A program made the translations under genes and the position numbers. The notes under the pieces were generated by a model, which did no database searches, was not told the origin of the DNA, and saw only the letters and a list, made by a program, of their open reading frames with translations. A stretch of DNA of 46,964 bases from Welwitschia mirabilis (taxonomy: Eukaryota): positions 24,139,572 through 24,186,535 of the forward strand of contig JBOZIK010000001.1 in assembly GCA_051453625.1 (NCBI GenBank), in the 5' to 3' direction. Below, piece after piece: positions 9,968 through 23,246 of this stretch (position 1 is the stretch's first letter; every line of letters starts with the position of its first letter).

Positions 9968-12390
9968 AATTAGTTGAGAATGATATGATTAGGAGAATTC
10001 TTAAACTTAAAGATGTAAGNNNNNNNNNCATGTGAAGACTATACTAAATGTGAACAAGCTAGAATCTCCTTTCAAAAAGTACAAAACGAGATGAGAGATT
10101 AACTCATTCTTGTTCACAGAGATATTTGAGGCTCCATTAGAACATCTTATCTAAACAAAAATATGCATTTTATCGCATTCATTGATGATTCTACCCAGTT
10201 TACCCATGGGTTCTTTATGGAATTTAAGTCACAAGGCCTACATTATTTTATGTTATACATACATTTTATTGAAAATGAGATAGGTTGTAAAATCAAAATA
10301 CTTAGAAGTGATAAAGGAGTAGAGTATATGTCATATGAATTTCATTCTTATCCTACAGATTGTGGGGTTAAACATCAAACAACAAGTTACACCCCACAAC
10401 AAAATGGGGTGGCTGAAAAGAAAAAAAGAACCTTGATAGACATGGCTAGAACCATAATACATGGTGCAAATATGACATACAACTTTTGGGCTGAAGCTAT
10501 AAATACAGCCTACTTTACAAATAAGTCTTGAGACAAAGCATCTTGACAATGTCTCCCTATGAAGTTTGGTATAGAAAAACCCCACATCCTCTCCATGTGA
10601 GAATTTCTGGATCCACTAGTTATGTCAAAGATGTCAAACCAGCAAGAAACAAGTGGAATACCAAATCAATAGAGTGCATATAAGTTGGATATTCATCCAC
10701 TAGTAAAGGCCATAGATGTTATGATATCCAAGAGAAGAAAGTGGTTGAGAGTATTAGTATTAAACTTCTTGAATGAGCATTTGTTGCCCCTTCAAGTCCC
10801 CATCCTATGATGAAGACGGAAAATATGTTCAAGTCCCTTGTGATGATGAGGATAAAACCCTCAGAAAATATTCAAAAAAAGTTGATGATGAAACCCATGC
10901 TGATAATAAAAAAGGATGATGATGAAATTGAAGGAGTTCCAAGACTAGATGAAGTGTTTGATATATCCCATTAATATAAGATGCCTTCCCATTTAAAGAG
11001 AGAAAGTGAGTATCATGATGGAAGTAATATTTTTGGCCCTATCTCCAAGAATATGGTACAGATTATGGGAAAACCTATGCCCCAATAGCCCGCCTTGAAT
11101 CTGTGAGAGCATTCCTTGCCTATGTACCTAAATCCCAAATGAAGGTATATCAAACAGATGTTAAATCAGCATTCTTGAATGGCAATCCAGATGCCGAGCT
11201 TTATGTGAAGCAACCCAATGGCTTTGTTGTGGAATGAAAAGAAGATTATGTGTACTTATTGAATATGAAAAATGTATGGCCTTAAACAAGCCCCTAAAAC
11301 ATGGTATTTAAGGTTGCATAAATATCTAAAACAGCAAGGATATGAAAAATGTGCAGCAGAAAACACCATGTGTAAGATCTCCAGGAAGTGTTAACTGTTG
11401 TTTGCCATGGTGTATGTTGATGATGTAATCTTTGCTAGTTCCTCACACATCATCATTAAAAATTTCAAGAGAGATACAATGAGTGAGTTTGAGATGACTA
11501 ATCTTGATGAGTTAACTTATTATCTTGGAATTGAGATAAAAGAAAGCCCAAAGGGCATTTTCTTGAATCAAGCAAAATATGTTCAAGATATGCCACATAA
11601 ATCTTCCATGCATAATGCTAGAGTTATAAGTACCCCTTTGCCTTCCCCTATAAAACCTTCAAGGAACATGAATGGTAAGGAAGTTGATGGTCACAATTTT
11701 AAATCCACAGGGGGAAGCTTGATGTACTGGACAGTTGCTAGAGCTGATATCCAATATGCAGTGAATCTGGTAGCAAGATTATCTCAAAACCACGTGCCCC
11801 TCATCTTCAAGCAGTCAAGAGAATTCTAAGATGTGTTAGAGATACACCACAACATAGATTATTTTATGAAGCCCGAAATGACTTTACCTTATGTGGATAT
11901 GTTGGTGCTGATTAGGGAGGGTCTCTTGATGATAGAAGAAGCACCACTAGCTATGCTATGTTGATAGGATACAGCCTTTTCTCTCAGTATAGCAAAAAAC
12001 AAACATGTGTGGTCCTAGCAAAAAACAAACATGTGTGGTCCTATCTACCGTGGAGGCTGAATGTATGGCAGCATACTTAGCCTCTCAACAAATAGTTTGG
12101 CTTGAAAATTTGTTTAATGAGTTCTTTATTCCCCTTCACAAGCCAATGACCCTTCAGAGTGATAGCATGTCTGCCATTGCTATCTCTAAAAATCCCATCA
12201 TGCATTTGGGAACAAATCATATTGATGTTAAGTATCATTACATAAGAGATTTAACTTGAGAAGGCTTAATATCAATCCAATTTTGTCCAACTCATATGCA
12301 ATTAGCCTTTTTTTCAACAAGGCCTTGCATACACAAAGATTTGTTCGATTAGGAGAGAAATTGCTCATTCTTGACATGTTAGTTAAGGGG
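9968..12390 (+). pseudogene. pol: Ty1/copia pol relic: pre-integrase, integrase, RT (N-terminal part deleted), RNaseH
   Basis: FIDDSTQFT, KIKILRSDKGVEY, YTPQQNGVAEKK, FWAEAINTA (IN); TYAPIARLESVR, DVKSAFLNG, YGLKQAPKTW, VYVDDVIF (RT); SKKQTCVVLSTVEAE, NPIMHLGTNHIDVKYHYIRD (RH). PPT-like TTAAGGGGAAG at ~12383-12393. Confidence 0.92.
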
Positions 12391-12394
12391 AAGC

Positions 12395-14454
12395 TATCCT
12401 AAAATTTAAAAGAAGACACTAGATGTCGTGCGGCACCATGTACACCCCAAACATGTGGCCATTGTACCACCAACTATAAAAAAGTGGTTTCTCTATCAAA
12501 ATTTTACGAAAGAGGGGTGACTAAAATGTCAAGGGGAAGTTTGATGGAATAATGCCATTTTAGTCACCCTTAATGTTGATTTACTGTGATACATAGTCCT
12601 CATATTTCCATTTTCTTAACCCTGTCATATATGATTCTCATCACAAAATCATATCATATAACTCAAATTATCGTTCATTTAATTGATCCATTTCATTGCT
12701 CATACTTTTTACCCATCATACTTCATATTCCATATCACTCATAAGTTACCAAAAGTTATAATTTTAATTTTACTTCATAATAGTCATTTTATTGTCTTAT
12801 ATATGAACAGCAACCTCCAATCTGAGACATTATACCTACAATGATCTAATCCTCAATCAAAGTATATAACTGATGTTATGGAGGCATAATGGAAAAACAA
12901 TATCCATATGATCAGTTTTATTAAATGACTATTAGTTCGTGAAGGTAATTAGTTAAGCCTTAACTAATTAAACCCCATAAATATTAATCTAATCAACTTC
13001 GAATCTATGTCAGCTTTTGGGCCTTAAGAGAATAATTATAATACAAATTTCTCATTCTAATTTTAATTCAATTGAAACTTATGCTTGATCAAAAGTTTGT
13101 TGTTCCTATGTAATTAACCCTTGCAATTTTCCAAGGGTTCATCATTTGAGGATCCAACCACTTCTTAGCCTTAGTAACATATGTTTGAAGTCAAATCATC
13201 ATAACAATACTTAGTTTCCTTGATCACATTTTTTTGAAGGTTAACTAATTAATGTCTCGTGAGAGTTGGAATTTTCATCCAAAATTGATGTCATTTGACA
13301 CACCTCCTTCAAGGAATCCAAATCAATTTTTTGCATGAGGAAATTGAATGTGCATTAAAAGATAACAAGGTTTAAAGTTTAAAACAAGAAGAGTTAGTCA
13401 TTCCTATAAGGCTATAACTAATTCATATTAAAACCTGTTGACCCCAAGCAACTTGTAAAATATCCCTTTTCCCAAGGCACCCTATATCTTACTAGATCAA
13501 GAATTAAAATGGAGCAATTCAAATCGAAACAATGACAGATTACATTTGAAGCGATGCGGCCCTCTAAATCTCAACCCTAATTCATGCAATAAAAAGAAGG
13601 AGGTACCTATGTCATTTCTCAATCCAGTGAAGAAAGGTTGAAGACAAATAGAAGCAGATCTGATTTGGGAATTCAAGAGAAGAATCAAAGTGATTGGCAT
13701 AAACCCTTGAACAATGATGTAAATCTCAGCAATGCATTTATGTCAGTGGCTTTAAAAAGTCACGTCGGGAAGACATGCTGTCGTGTCGGCACAAAATGTC
13801 ATTGCAAAACGTTGGCAATTATTTTTAAAAAAAACATGAGAATTATTAATTTCGTAATAGTTGCAAATAGCATAAGCTAAAAAGAACTAAAATGAAGTAA
13901 TAAAACCAGCATTTGACGTGTATAAATGAGTTGAAAGCCAATTATCATGTAAATGGCCCAACTATACCCTTTGTGATTTTTTTATTCTCTACTTTTTGCC
14001 CATTGAGTATGACATTTTGAGTTTTAGTCATGACACGTCGTGGAATTTTACTCATGGCTACGTGTCGCCAACTTTTTGAAAATGTTAGGGGGAACGTTGC
14101 CTTTCAAAAGACATAAACCCCGAAGGTCTATTGCACTACATGTCGCCCAATTTTGGAAACATGTCGCCCTTTTTAAATCACTGCCCTTCAAGAAGATAGC
14201 CCCTTCGAAATCGGCATAAGAGCCTAGACCCCTATGGCAGACCTTGTGAAGTGTAAGAAAGGCAATTAAGGACACCAGTACATAGATCTCATCTAATTGG
14301 AGGAATCAATATTTTGTTGTAAATCTGATCTTTGTTATTAACAAAAAGATTCATACTATTATTGTTACATATTAAATTTACTTATGCTCATAAATTTACC
14401 TTGTGCAAATTTTATTTTATTTTAATTGTGTTTTGGTTCTATATTAATTTTACA
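12395..14454 (+). repeat. Probable 3' LTR of the copia pol relic, possibly with an internal insertion
   Basis: Starts after the PPT-like tract and ends ...TTTTACA at 14454, exactly where the minus-strand protease motif is cut. AAGACAC/TGTCGTG-CGGCAC-like motifs are shared between ~12413 and ~13770. No canonical TG start and no partner LTR to confirm. Confidence 0.35.
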
Positions 14455-16200
14455 ATGAAGGATCCAATCACCACCTCCAAGTGATCTGCAAGATGTGTGA
14501 ATGTCTTCAGAAACATCCATGTCTACAAGGTTAGCCTCATTAGTTTGAGAGCTTGAGCCCTCCCCATTCTTCTACATCTCTTCCTTATATGCCTTCAATT
14601 TCCAACATTCCTTGACATGCCCCCTTTTGTAATAGTAGAAGCATACATTATCCCTTTTGTTGCTCTTTCTAGATCTTAACTTTGACTTGGGTGCTTTGTT
14701 TCCATATCCCCTCTCTATTATGCATCCTCTAATCATCAAGCTTTCCTCAGACAACTCTGTTACACTGGTTTTGATCGTTTTCTTTGACAAATGTGTTGTA
14801 GCCACTATCTCAAACTCTATGTTGTACTTTTCATAAAGTAACGTCCTAGGGAATGGCTTGTAGAATGGGGAAAGAGGTTTGAGAAGGATTAGGACTTGAT
14901 TCACCTCCCAAATGTCCACCTCACTACTAGATAGCTGGCAAATCAACTCCGTAAGAGAAATTGAGTGATCCATTGGGTGATCCACCATGTATGTCCCCTC
15001 CTTCATCTTGAATTATAGAGTTTCAACTTTAAGTACAACTTATTTCCTAGAGACTTGATCATGTACAAGCCCTCTAACTTTGTCTACAGTGCGATAGCAA
15101 AATTCTTCTTTGCCACATTAAGAAAAACTTGATCTGCAATACTCAACTAGATGGTGCTCTTAGCCCTTAGATCAAAATCATCCCATTCTTCATGAAACAT
15201 GGTTGAAGGCTTCTTCACTTTCCCTAACAAAGCCTATCGTGTACTTTTCATCTCAAACTGTATGGTGTACTTTTCATAAAGTAATGTCCTAGGAAATGGC
15301 TTGTAGAATGGTGAAAGAGGTTTGAGAAGGATTAGCACTTGATTCACCTCCCAAATCTCCACCTCACTGTTAGATAGCTGGCAAATCAACTCCGTAAGAG
15401 AAACTGAGTGATCAACCATGGACATCCACTCCTTCATCTTGAATTACAGAGCTTCAACTTTAAGTACAACTTATTTGCTAGAGACTTGGTCATGTACAAG
15501 CCCTCTAACTTTGTCTACAATGTGATAGCAAAATTCTCCTTTGCCACATTAAGCAAAACTTGATTTGCGATACTCAATTGGATGGTGCTCTTAGCCCTTA
15601 GATCAAAATCCTCCCATTCTTCATGAAACATGGTTGCAGGCTTCTTCACTTTCCCTAACAAAGCCTATGGTGTACTTTTCATCTCAAACTCTATGGTGTA
15701 CTTTTCATAAAGTAATGTCCAATGAAATGGCTTGTAGAATGGTGAAAGAAGTTTGAGAAGGATTAGGACTTGATTCACCTCCCAAATCTCCATCTCACTG
15801 CTGGATAGCTGGCAAATCAATTTCATAAGAGAATTTGAGTGATCAACCATGGGCGTCCCCTCCTTCATCTTGAATTATAGAGCTTCAACTTTAAGTGCAA
15901 CTTATTTGCTAGAGACTTGATCATGTACAAGCCCTCTAACTTTGTCTACAATGTGATAGCAAAATCCTCCTTTGCCACAATAAGCAAAACTTGATCTGCA
16001 ATACTCAACTGGATGGCGCTCTTAGCCCTTAGATTAAAATCCTCCCATTCTTCATGAAACATGGTTGAAGGCTTCTTCACTTTCCCCAACAAAGCCTTTG
16101 TAACCTTTGTTGAATGTCCAAGTCCTTGACTTTGATCTTGCACAGCCCAAAGTTATTTTTGTTGCCAACCTACTCTACCTCAAACTTTGTATTCTAAACC
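14455..16200 (-). pseudogene. gag: Copia (Tnt1/Tork-like) gag to the start of protease, with internal triplication
   Basis: EEWEDFNLRAKSAIQLSIADQVL, KLEGLYMIKSLANKL.LK.KL, MKEGT..DH, knuckle relic CFYYYKRGHVKECW. Ends at GGDWIL, the start of the protease WILDSG motif. Confidence 0.88.
14807..16097. repeat. Tandem triplication, 431 bp unit
   Basis: Units start at 14807, 15250 and 15681 (the first has a 12 bp insertion). ORF starts 15006, 15437 and 15868 are 431 bp apart. Confidence 0.93.
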
Positions 16201-16238
16201 CTAACAACCTTTCTTTCTAGATTTTACACAACTGCCTC

Positions 16239-16249
16239 CTCTGATAGCA
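16239..16249 (-). promoter_or_regulatory. Decayed PBS (tRNA-iMet) of the minus-strand copia
   Basis: Plus-strand CTCTGATAGCA reads TGCTATCAGAG on minus (one mismatch from TGGTATCAGAG). Sits between gag and an LTR edge. Confidence 0.7.
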
Positions 16250-16251
16250 GT

Positions 16252-16898
16252 TGAAAAGAAATGCGCAAGAAAACTAAATCGAACATTGGAAGATGGAAAA
16301 ATGTTGAATGCAATAATGCAAAGGAAAAATAAAAGCAGAAACAGCAAGGAAATAAAATGCAAAGAAAAAACACAGAGATTTATGTGGTTTGGAAAGGTGC
16401 TTACCTCCACATGAAATGGGGATTTGCTTTTTGGATTATAGGAGAAAAAGTACAACTCAGAGATCCAAACCTGCTCTGCAATTACAACAGCAGGAGCAAG
16501 ACAAGTGCATAAGCAACCCTTACTCTCTCTTCAACACATAAGCAGGGGAGAAAACACAAAAAGGCACAAAGTCCTCACTGTTACGCAGACATGCCCATAT
16601 CACCATAACATACATTATTGCTTCAATTGGATGCCTTATGCTGAGCCTCTACAACCCTTTAAATAGGTTTAAGGTTATAGATATACTATGTGCCCCAAAA
16701 ATCAAAATCTAAAAACCACGCACCAAAAATATATGTCGTACTACAAATATCATGGGCTGACTAATAAATGCAATGACTGCAAGTAACACACTTAAAGCAT
16801 TTGAGCCTCACACATTTAAGACATTGGTCATAATTTTAGGCCCATGTGCAACATTATAGTGTCCCTTCCATGTCAATTCCTCAGGACCCAACCCAATA
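16252..16898 (-). repeat. 5' LTR of the minus-strand copia (outer boundary approximate)
   Basis: TG at 16252, 2 nt from the PBS. Copia U5-type motif (plus strand GATTTATGTGGTTTGG...CCTCCAC) and minus-strand TATA CCTATTTAAA at ~16658-16667. Confidence 0.6.
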
Positions 16899-19800
16899 TT
16901 GTTGGAAAGATTTTAAGGTGCTGTAGTCACTTATCAGTGTGATACATCCCCAATATAGTTGATATGATATCCAAGTCTTCTCAATGAAGCAGGAGACATC
17001 CTATTTTTATATCGTGTGTAATAGAGTGCCTACAAAGATATTGTCGAGATCTAGGTAAAAAACTATTTTCCATTACAGCAATGTCAAGTCATGAGAATCT
17101 GTTATGGCATGATCTTAATACTGCTGTATATCATTTTAGAAAGATCATCAAACATCGACCACTGCTCACTTTAGTAAAACATGGAACAAAACAAAGCCAG
17201 CATATAGATTTTAGCAAGCGGTTACATGCACCTATCAGCTAAACCCACCCAAAAATCATTACCTAGCAATGTTGTAATGGGCAATTTTTATCACAAAATC
17301 GACATTTAGAAGATAATTGAATATGATTTTAAGTAGAAAAAACTTCTAATCGCATTAAATAAATGTATTGCTAGTGTAACCAAAGGCAACTTCCTCTCAG
17401 GATACAATGAAAAAGTTGCCTAAAGAAGAATGCAGTAAACGTATTTCAACCAATCAGTATAAGGATTGAAAATCTATAAATCATATGGAGATAATGTACC
17501 TCTCTTATGTCGGGATCCTGGCAAGGGCTTTTGGCGGACAATCCATTGAGGATCTAATTTCTCAATGCCTTTGAATTGGACGACCAAGTCATCAATTTGA
17601 TATGCTGTTTCACAATCCTCAACGTNNNNNNNNNNNNNNNNNNNNNNNNNNNNNNNNNNNNNNNNNNNNNNNNNNNNNNNNNNNNNNNNNNNNNNNNNNN
17701 NNNNNNNNNNNNNNNNNNNNNNNNNTTAATTACGGCCTGTGAAATCGATTTCCCAATAATAAAAAGGTTCACAATCAAGAATAGGTTTGAGGGGCATTTC
17801 CGATGATCATAAAAGGCTACCATAACATTGACATGCATCACACCTTCTAGCATAATCAAAAGAGTCCTAAAAAATGCTATGTCAATAAAATCTAAAGTGA
17901 AGAGTTTTCATGGTTATTTTTTGACTGTGAAAATGTTCACCACAAATACCACTATAATAAATATGAAGGATATCAAATTTTTTCCATTCCGGCAAACATT
18001 TTTCTCATAATTTGATCCTTACACCTATGATAAATATGGAGAAAAGATTTTATTTGATTGTAATTTCAATTTTGTGATTTTTTAAAGTAATAAGATAATT
18101 GATGATATCAACATCCCATGGAGGGGGATGAGTAGAAGATCTAGCAAATAATTATTTATCTAGAAAAGAATCATTAATAGAAAGATAATCATATAAAAAA
18201 AGGTGTGATAAGTTATCTACTACATTGTTGTGTTTTCTTGCCTTATCTATCATGGTAAGATTGAATTCTTGCATTAATAGAATTCATTTAATCGACCTAG
18301 TACTAGAATATTTCTTAGTCATTAATTATTTAATCGTCACATGGTCTATGTAGACATTTATGTGAAAGCCTAAAAGATAATGTCTAAGATTATTCAGACA
18401 AAATATTATGGCTAACATCTCTTTCTTTCTTATAGTAGTTGTGTAATTTTTTGAGCTTTGGATAATATTTTATTATGGTAAGATATAAATTTAAAATTAT
18501 TTTCTTATTTTTGTCTAAGCACTCCACCCACAATAATATTACTGGCATTAAACATTAGTTCAAAATCCTTATTCCAGTTAGATCCCATTATGGTAGGTGC
18601 AGAAGAGATTTTATCCTTTAGTGTATTCAAAGCAAGCTTATAAGATTTATTCCATTTAAATTCTGCTTCTTTCTCTAGTAATGGGTGAACAAATTTTAGC
18701 ATAATCTTATATGAAGTGATGGTAAAAATCATAATGTCCAAGAAAAGATAAAATTTGTTTAGCATTGGTTGAAGGAGTTAATTTTTTAATGATTCTTTCT
18801 TTATTGGGGTCCATATTAATTCCTTTTTTAAAAATGGGATGACCTAAAACTATTCCATTATTAATTAGAAATAAGTTGTTTTCCCAACTTAAATAAAGAC
18901 CATATTCTATGCATCTATTAAGAACATTTTCTAATCTTTCTAATATTTTGATCAAAGGTTTCTCCAAAGATTGAAAAGTCATTCATAAAGATTTCTATTG
19001 AATCCTTTAACATGTCTAAAAAAATATCCATCATAGGATGTCGAAAGGTTCCAGGAGCATTACATAATCCAAAAGACATTCATCTAAAATAAAAAGTCCC
19101 AAAAGATGAAGTAAAAGTTGTCTTAGCCTAGTCTTCACGAACTATGCAAACCTAGTTATAACTTCTAGATCCATCTACAAAGTAGTAAAAAGCGTGTCCT
19201 TGAATTCTATCAAGTATCTGATTAAGAAAGAATAAGGGGCAATGATCCTTGTTAGTGACTTCATTAAGTTTTTAAAATCTATGTATACCCTCCATTTCCC
19301 ATCCTTTTTCAAAACTATAGTTAAGAAACTAATCCATTCACTATCTGATATAGCATAAATGATTTTAGCATCCAATAATTTAATAATTTCATCCTTAACT
19401 ACTTCTTTAAGTGCTAGATTTAATCTCCTTTGCAGTTACCTAATAGGTTTTGAGTTTTTCTCAAGATAGATTTTATATTGAACAATAAAAGAAGGAATGG
19501 CTGATAAATCTTTATGAGATCATGTAAATGCCTTAATTTTGGAAATNNNNNNNNNNNNNNNNNNNNNNNNNNNNNNNNNNNNNNNNNNNNNNNNNNNNNN
19601 NNNNNNNNNNNNNNNNNNNNNNNNNNNNNNNNNNNNNNNNNNNNNNNNNNNNNNNNNNNNNNNNNNNNNNNNNNNNNNNNNNNNNNNNNNNNNNNNNNNN
19701 NNNNNNNNNNNNNNNNNNNNNNNNNNNNNNNNNNNNNNNNNNNNNNNNNNNNNNNNNNNNNNNNNNNNNNNNNNNNNNNNNNNNNNNNNNNNNNNNNNNN

Positions 19801-22800
19801 NNNNNNNNNNNNNNNNNNNNNNNNNNNNNNNNNNNNNNNNNNNNNNNNNNNNNNNNNNNNNNNNNNNNNNNNNNNNNNNNNNNNNNNNNNNNNNNNNNNN
19901 NNNNNNNNNNNNNNNNNNNNNNNNNNNNNNNNNNNNNNNNNNNNNNNNNNNNNNNNNNNNNNNNNNNNNNNNNNNNNNNNNNNNNNNNNNNNNNNNNNNN
20001 NNNNNNNNNNNNNNNNNNNNNNNNNNNNNNNNNNNNNNNNNNNNNNNNNNNNNNNNNNNNNNNNNNNNNNNNNNNNNNNNNNNNNNNNNNNNNNNNNNNN
20101 NTTGGAAATAAAAATAGAGATTAAGGTTGATTCTTATTCAGGAAAGAGGTTTTATTTGATTACTAAAGGTTTGTTCTAATCATTACAAAGAAAATATACT
20201 TTAGTCCATGAGGTAGATTTTTTAGATTTAGATTCATATTAAGATTTTTAGTTTCTATCATAAACTTATTGCTTTTAACTATCCTCTTGGACTGTTATTT
20301 GGACATCAGTATAGATGACCTCCCTTAAAGTATGAATTTTCATTTGTTTTTAACAATTGGACTTTCTTGTAGAATAAGGGTTCTATTTATCCCTCATTCT
20401 AATCTAAAAGGTCATTCTCTGAATGCTCAAAGTTGAATTTATCAAAATCTTTTAAGTTTTCTATCTCAAATAGATCATTATATAGTGTAAGTTCATGTAA
20501 CTTTAACCATCTTTCTTTAAGTGGATGATGTTGCAGAAATAAAGTTAGCTTAATTTCATTTTTCATATCCCATTCATTACCTATATCTTTTTTTGCTGTA
20601 TTAAAAACTCTAATCATAAACTTTTTATTTCCTAAGTGATACTCCATCATCTCAGTTCTTATATCACTAATGTAATGGGCTGTAGAATGCTCTTTCTAGA
20701 AGTAATGGATAACCTCTGTTATATTTGACCTCTATTACAACCACATCTATTGGGTAGAATTCCTTTTTAATTTAAATCACTAAATCTTTCATGACTTCTA
20801 AGGGTTTCTTAACTGATGTATCTGTCAATTCCAAGATAATCTGAGTAGGATCTATTCTATGTTCTAAACTGAGTCTTTTACAAATGTGTAATGGCATAAT
20901 GTTAACACTCACTATAATGTCAATTAAAGCCCTTTTTATTCTTTTATTTTCTTCTAATGTGATATTAATTGTTGCTGCCCCTAAATCCTTAAATTTTGGA
21001 GATTTTTATAAGACTAAGTTAGTTAGGGATTGAGCTAAAAAGGATTTGCTAGGTATAATTTGTTTTTATTTTCTTCTTATTAAGTCTTTCCATAACTTAG
21101 AATATTTTGGGTTTTTTTGAAAAAGTTTCAAAAAAACCATGGAGTAGTTAGTATTTTTACTCTCTCTTGAGAAGAGCTTTTCTTTTTACTTTTACCATTT
21201 AAGGGAGAAGGGAAGCTATGATTTTCTAATATTTTGACATTATTTTCTTCCTCATCATGTCTAGTGATATTTTGGGAGGTTGAAGCTTCATAAGTAGGAG
21301 GGTTTATTTCATTTCCACTTTGTGTCACAACCTTATAATCTTTTCTTACTTTGTTAGGGTTTGGTAGAGGTTGTGTTGCTAATGATCATTGTGGTCTTTA
21401 ATTTGCTAACATGATTTGTTGATGGACATTNNNNNNNNNNTGATTTCCTAAGTTCATCTATAAAATTTCTAAGTGAATCATTTTCATGTTAAAAGTTTGA
21501 TGGACTTGATTCAATGTTTGAATTTTTATATTGACTTTTGAAAGATTGAGGATTGGTTTGAAGATTTTTGAATTTATTGTCAAAGGTTTGAAAATTAGAT
21601 TGTGTATGCAACCTGGGTTGCAATTGGTTTTGGTTTTTAAAGTTTAAAGTTTTTTTATTGAAAGTGCAAGGTTCTTCGTATATTATTTTCTTATAGGTTA
21701 ACAGTAATAGACAATCCTTGGTTATGTGATAGTTGTCTTCACATCAGTCACATGTTGGTAAGACACTCTTTTCCATTACTAATTTTGTATCTAGAATCAT
21801 CTCATTATATTTTAGAAAGTTGTTATATAGTTTTTAATCAAATTTACAGGTTTAGTTTCTATTTTATCTACCTTCTTTTCTTGTTTTACTTTTTTTAAAT
21901 ATTTGATGATTTGGCCTACAGTGTGGTTATCTCTTAATATTAATTTTGACCAAGGTTGACTTACCTTAATAAGTTCTTCTAATGTTTTTCAAGCATTTTC
22001 TAATGTTAGATTCATTAAGTTTCCACAACAAGAGAAATCTACAAGTTATTTCGTTTCATTGTTTAGTCTACTATAAAAGTAATCTATCAGCTCTTCTTAC
22101 ATGAAAGCACCTATTGGATTAGAATGGATTATGATAAAGAAATATTCATATGTGAAACCATAATCCTCATTTTGGTTGTTGTTAGAAATTAGTTACTTCT
22201 GTCTTTCTCTTCCTAATGGTTGATTCACTCATAAATCTCTTAATGAAAGCTTCTCGGACTTTGTTTAAAGTTTTTATACTCTTATGGAGTATAGATCTTA
22301 ACCAAAGTTTTGCCTTTTCTTTCAACATAATGGGAAAAATAATCATATAGGTATGATTATTAGTTCTTTTCTTTCCAATTCTAGAGGAATTAATTTGTTG
22401 GAGGGGATCCTCATTGTTTTCACCATTAAAGATGGGATAAGCATTTAAATTGTTCATTATATCTCACATTTTCTATTAGCTATCAATTCTTTAAGGGTAA
22501 TATTTACATTAAGATAAGAGGCTGAAGACCCTATGACTTATTTTTATTTTTATGTAGTATTTAACATCTTTAAACTATCTTTTCTAAATTATTTCCTAAA
22601 AAATTTTTCTTTATAGAATCAGATTCTTAAAAAATGAACTCAGAAGGGATATTGTATGCACCTAGGAATTGCATATCTAATTCTAATTCGAAGTTGACCA
22701 ATCCTTCTCTAATATTCTCTTCTATTAGCAGCCTTTCTTTCTGATGTTTCTTTCCTAAATTGATCATATCACAACATCCTTCAAATAGAAAATAAAAAAA

Positions 22801-23222
22801 TAAAAAATAAAAAATAATTGATGGTCATCTACCTCGTCATGGGGATGACACAAGAAATGCCAATCACAGGAAAAAAAAGAATATTGTTGAAATTAGAGAA
22901 AAATTACCATAATCAGAAATTCAAGATGTCATCCACCTTATTGTGGAAATGACAGTGAGGATGATAGTATTTTATTACTACTGCTACTAAAAAGAAAATT
23001 TACCAAAAGAAAACAAATTCAAAAATATATGACTATCATTCTTAGTATCATGTGGATGACTTAAGGAACAATGGTACTTATTAAAGCTATGGAAAATAGA
23101 AATTATAGAAATAAACCTATTAAACTATAATAAAAATACAATATTACTTCAAATAAATAACTGAAATCAAAATCCAAGGTACTTATCTAATATAGTAACA
23201 ATCATTCAGCTCCTTGCAGCCT

Positions 23223-23240
23223 TTCCCAATAATAGTGCCA
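23223..23240 (-). promoter_or_regulatory. Decayed PBS (Athila-type, tRNA-Asp) of element C
   Basis: Minus strand TGGCACTATTATTGGGAA versus consensus TGGCGCCGTTGCCGGGGA. All 7 differences are C>T or G>A. Confidence 0.7.
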
Positions 23241-23246
23241 AGATGT

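Noticed and set aside
17260-17335. Minus-strand LLNVDFVIKIAHYNIAR resembling a kinase LLDxxFxAKIADFGxAR motif
   Set aside because: DFG and HRD are absent, the upstream part needs a frameshift, and stops follow immediately. Too short to support.
19514-20179. Long ORFs of 190-221 aa (also 30181-30472)
   Set aside because: Consist almost entirely of N-derived X residues.
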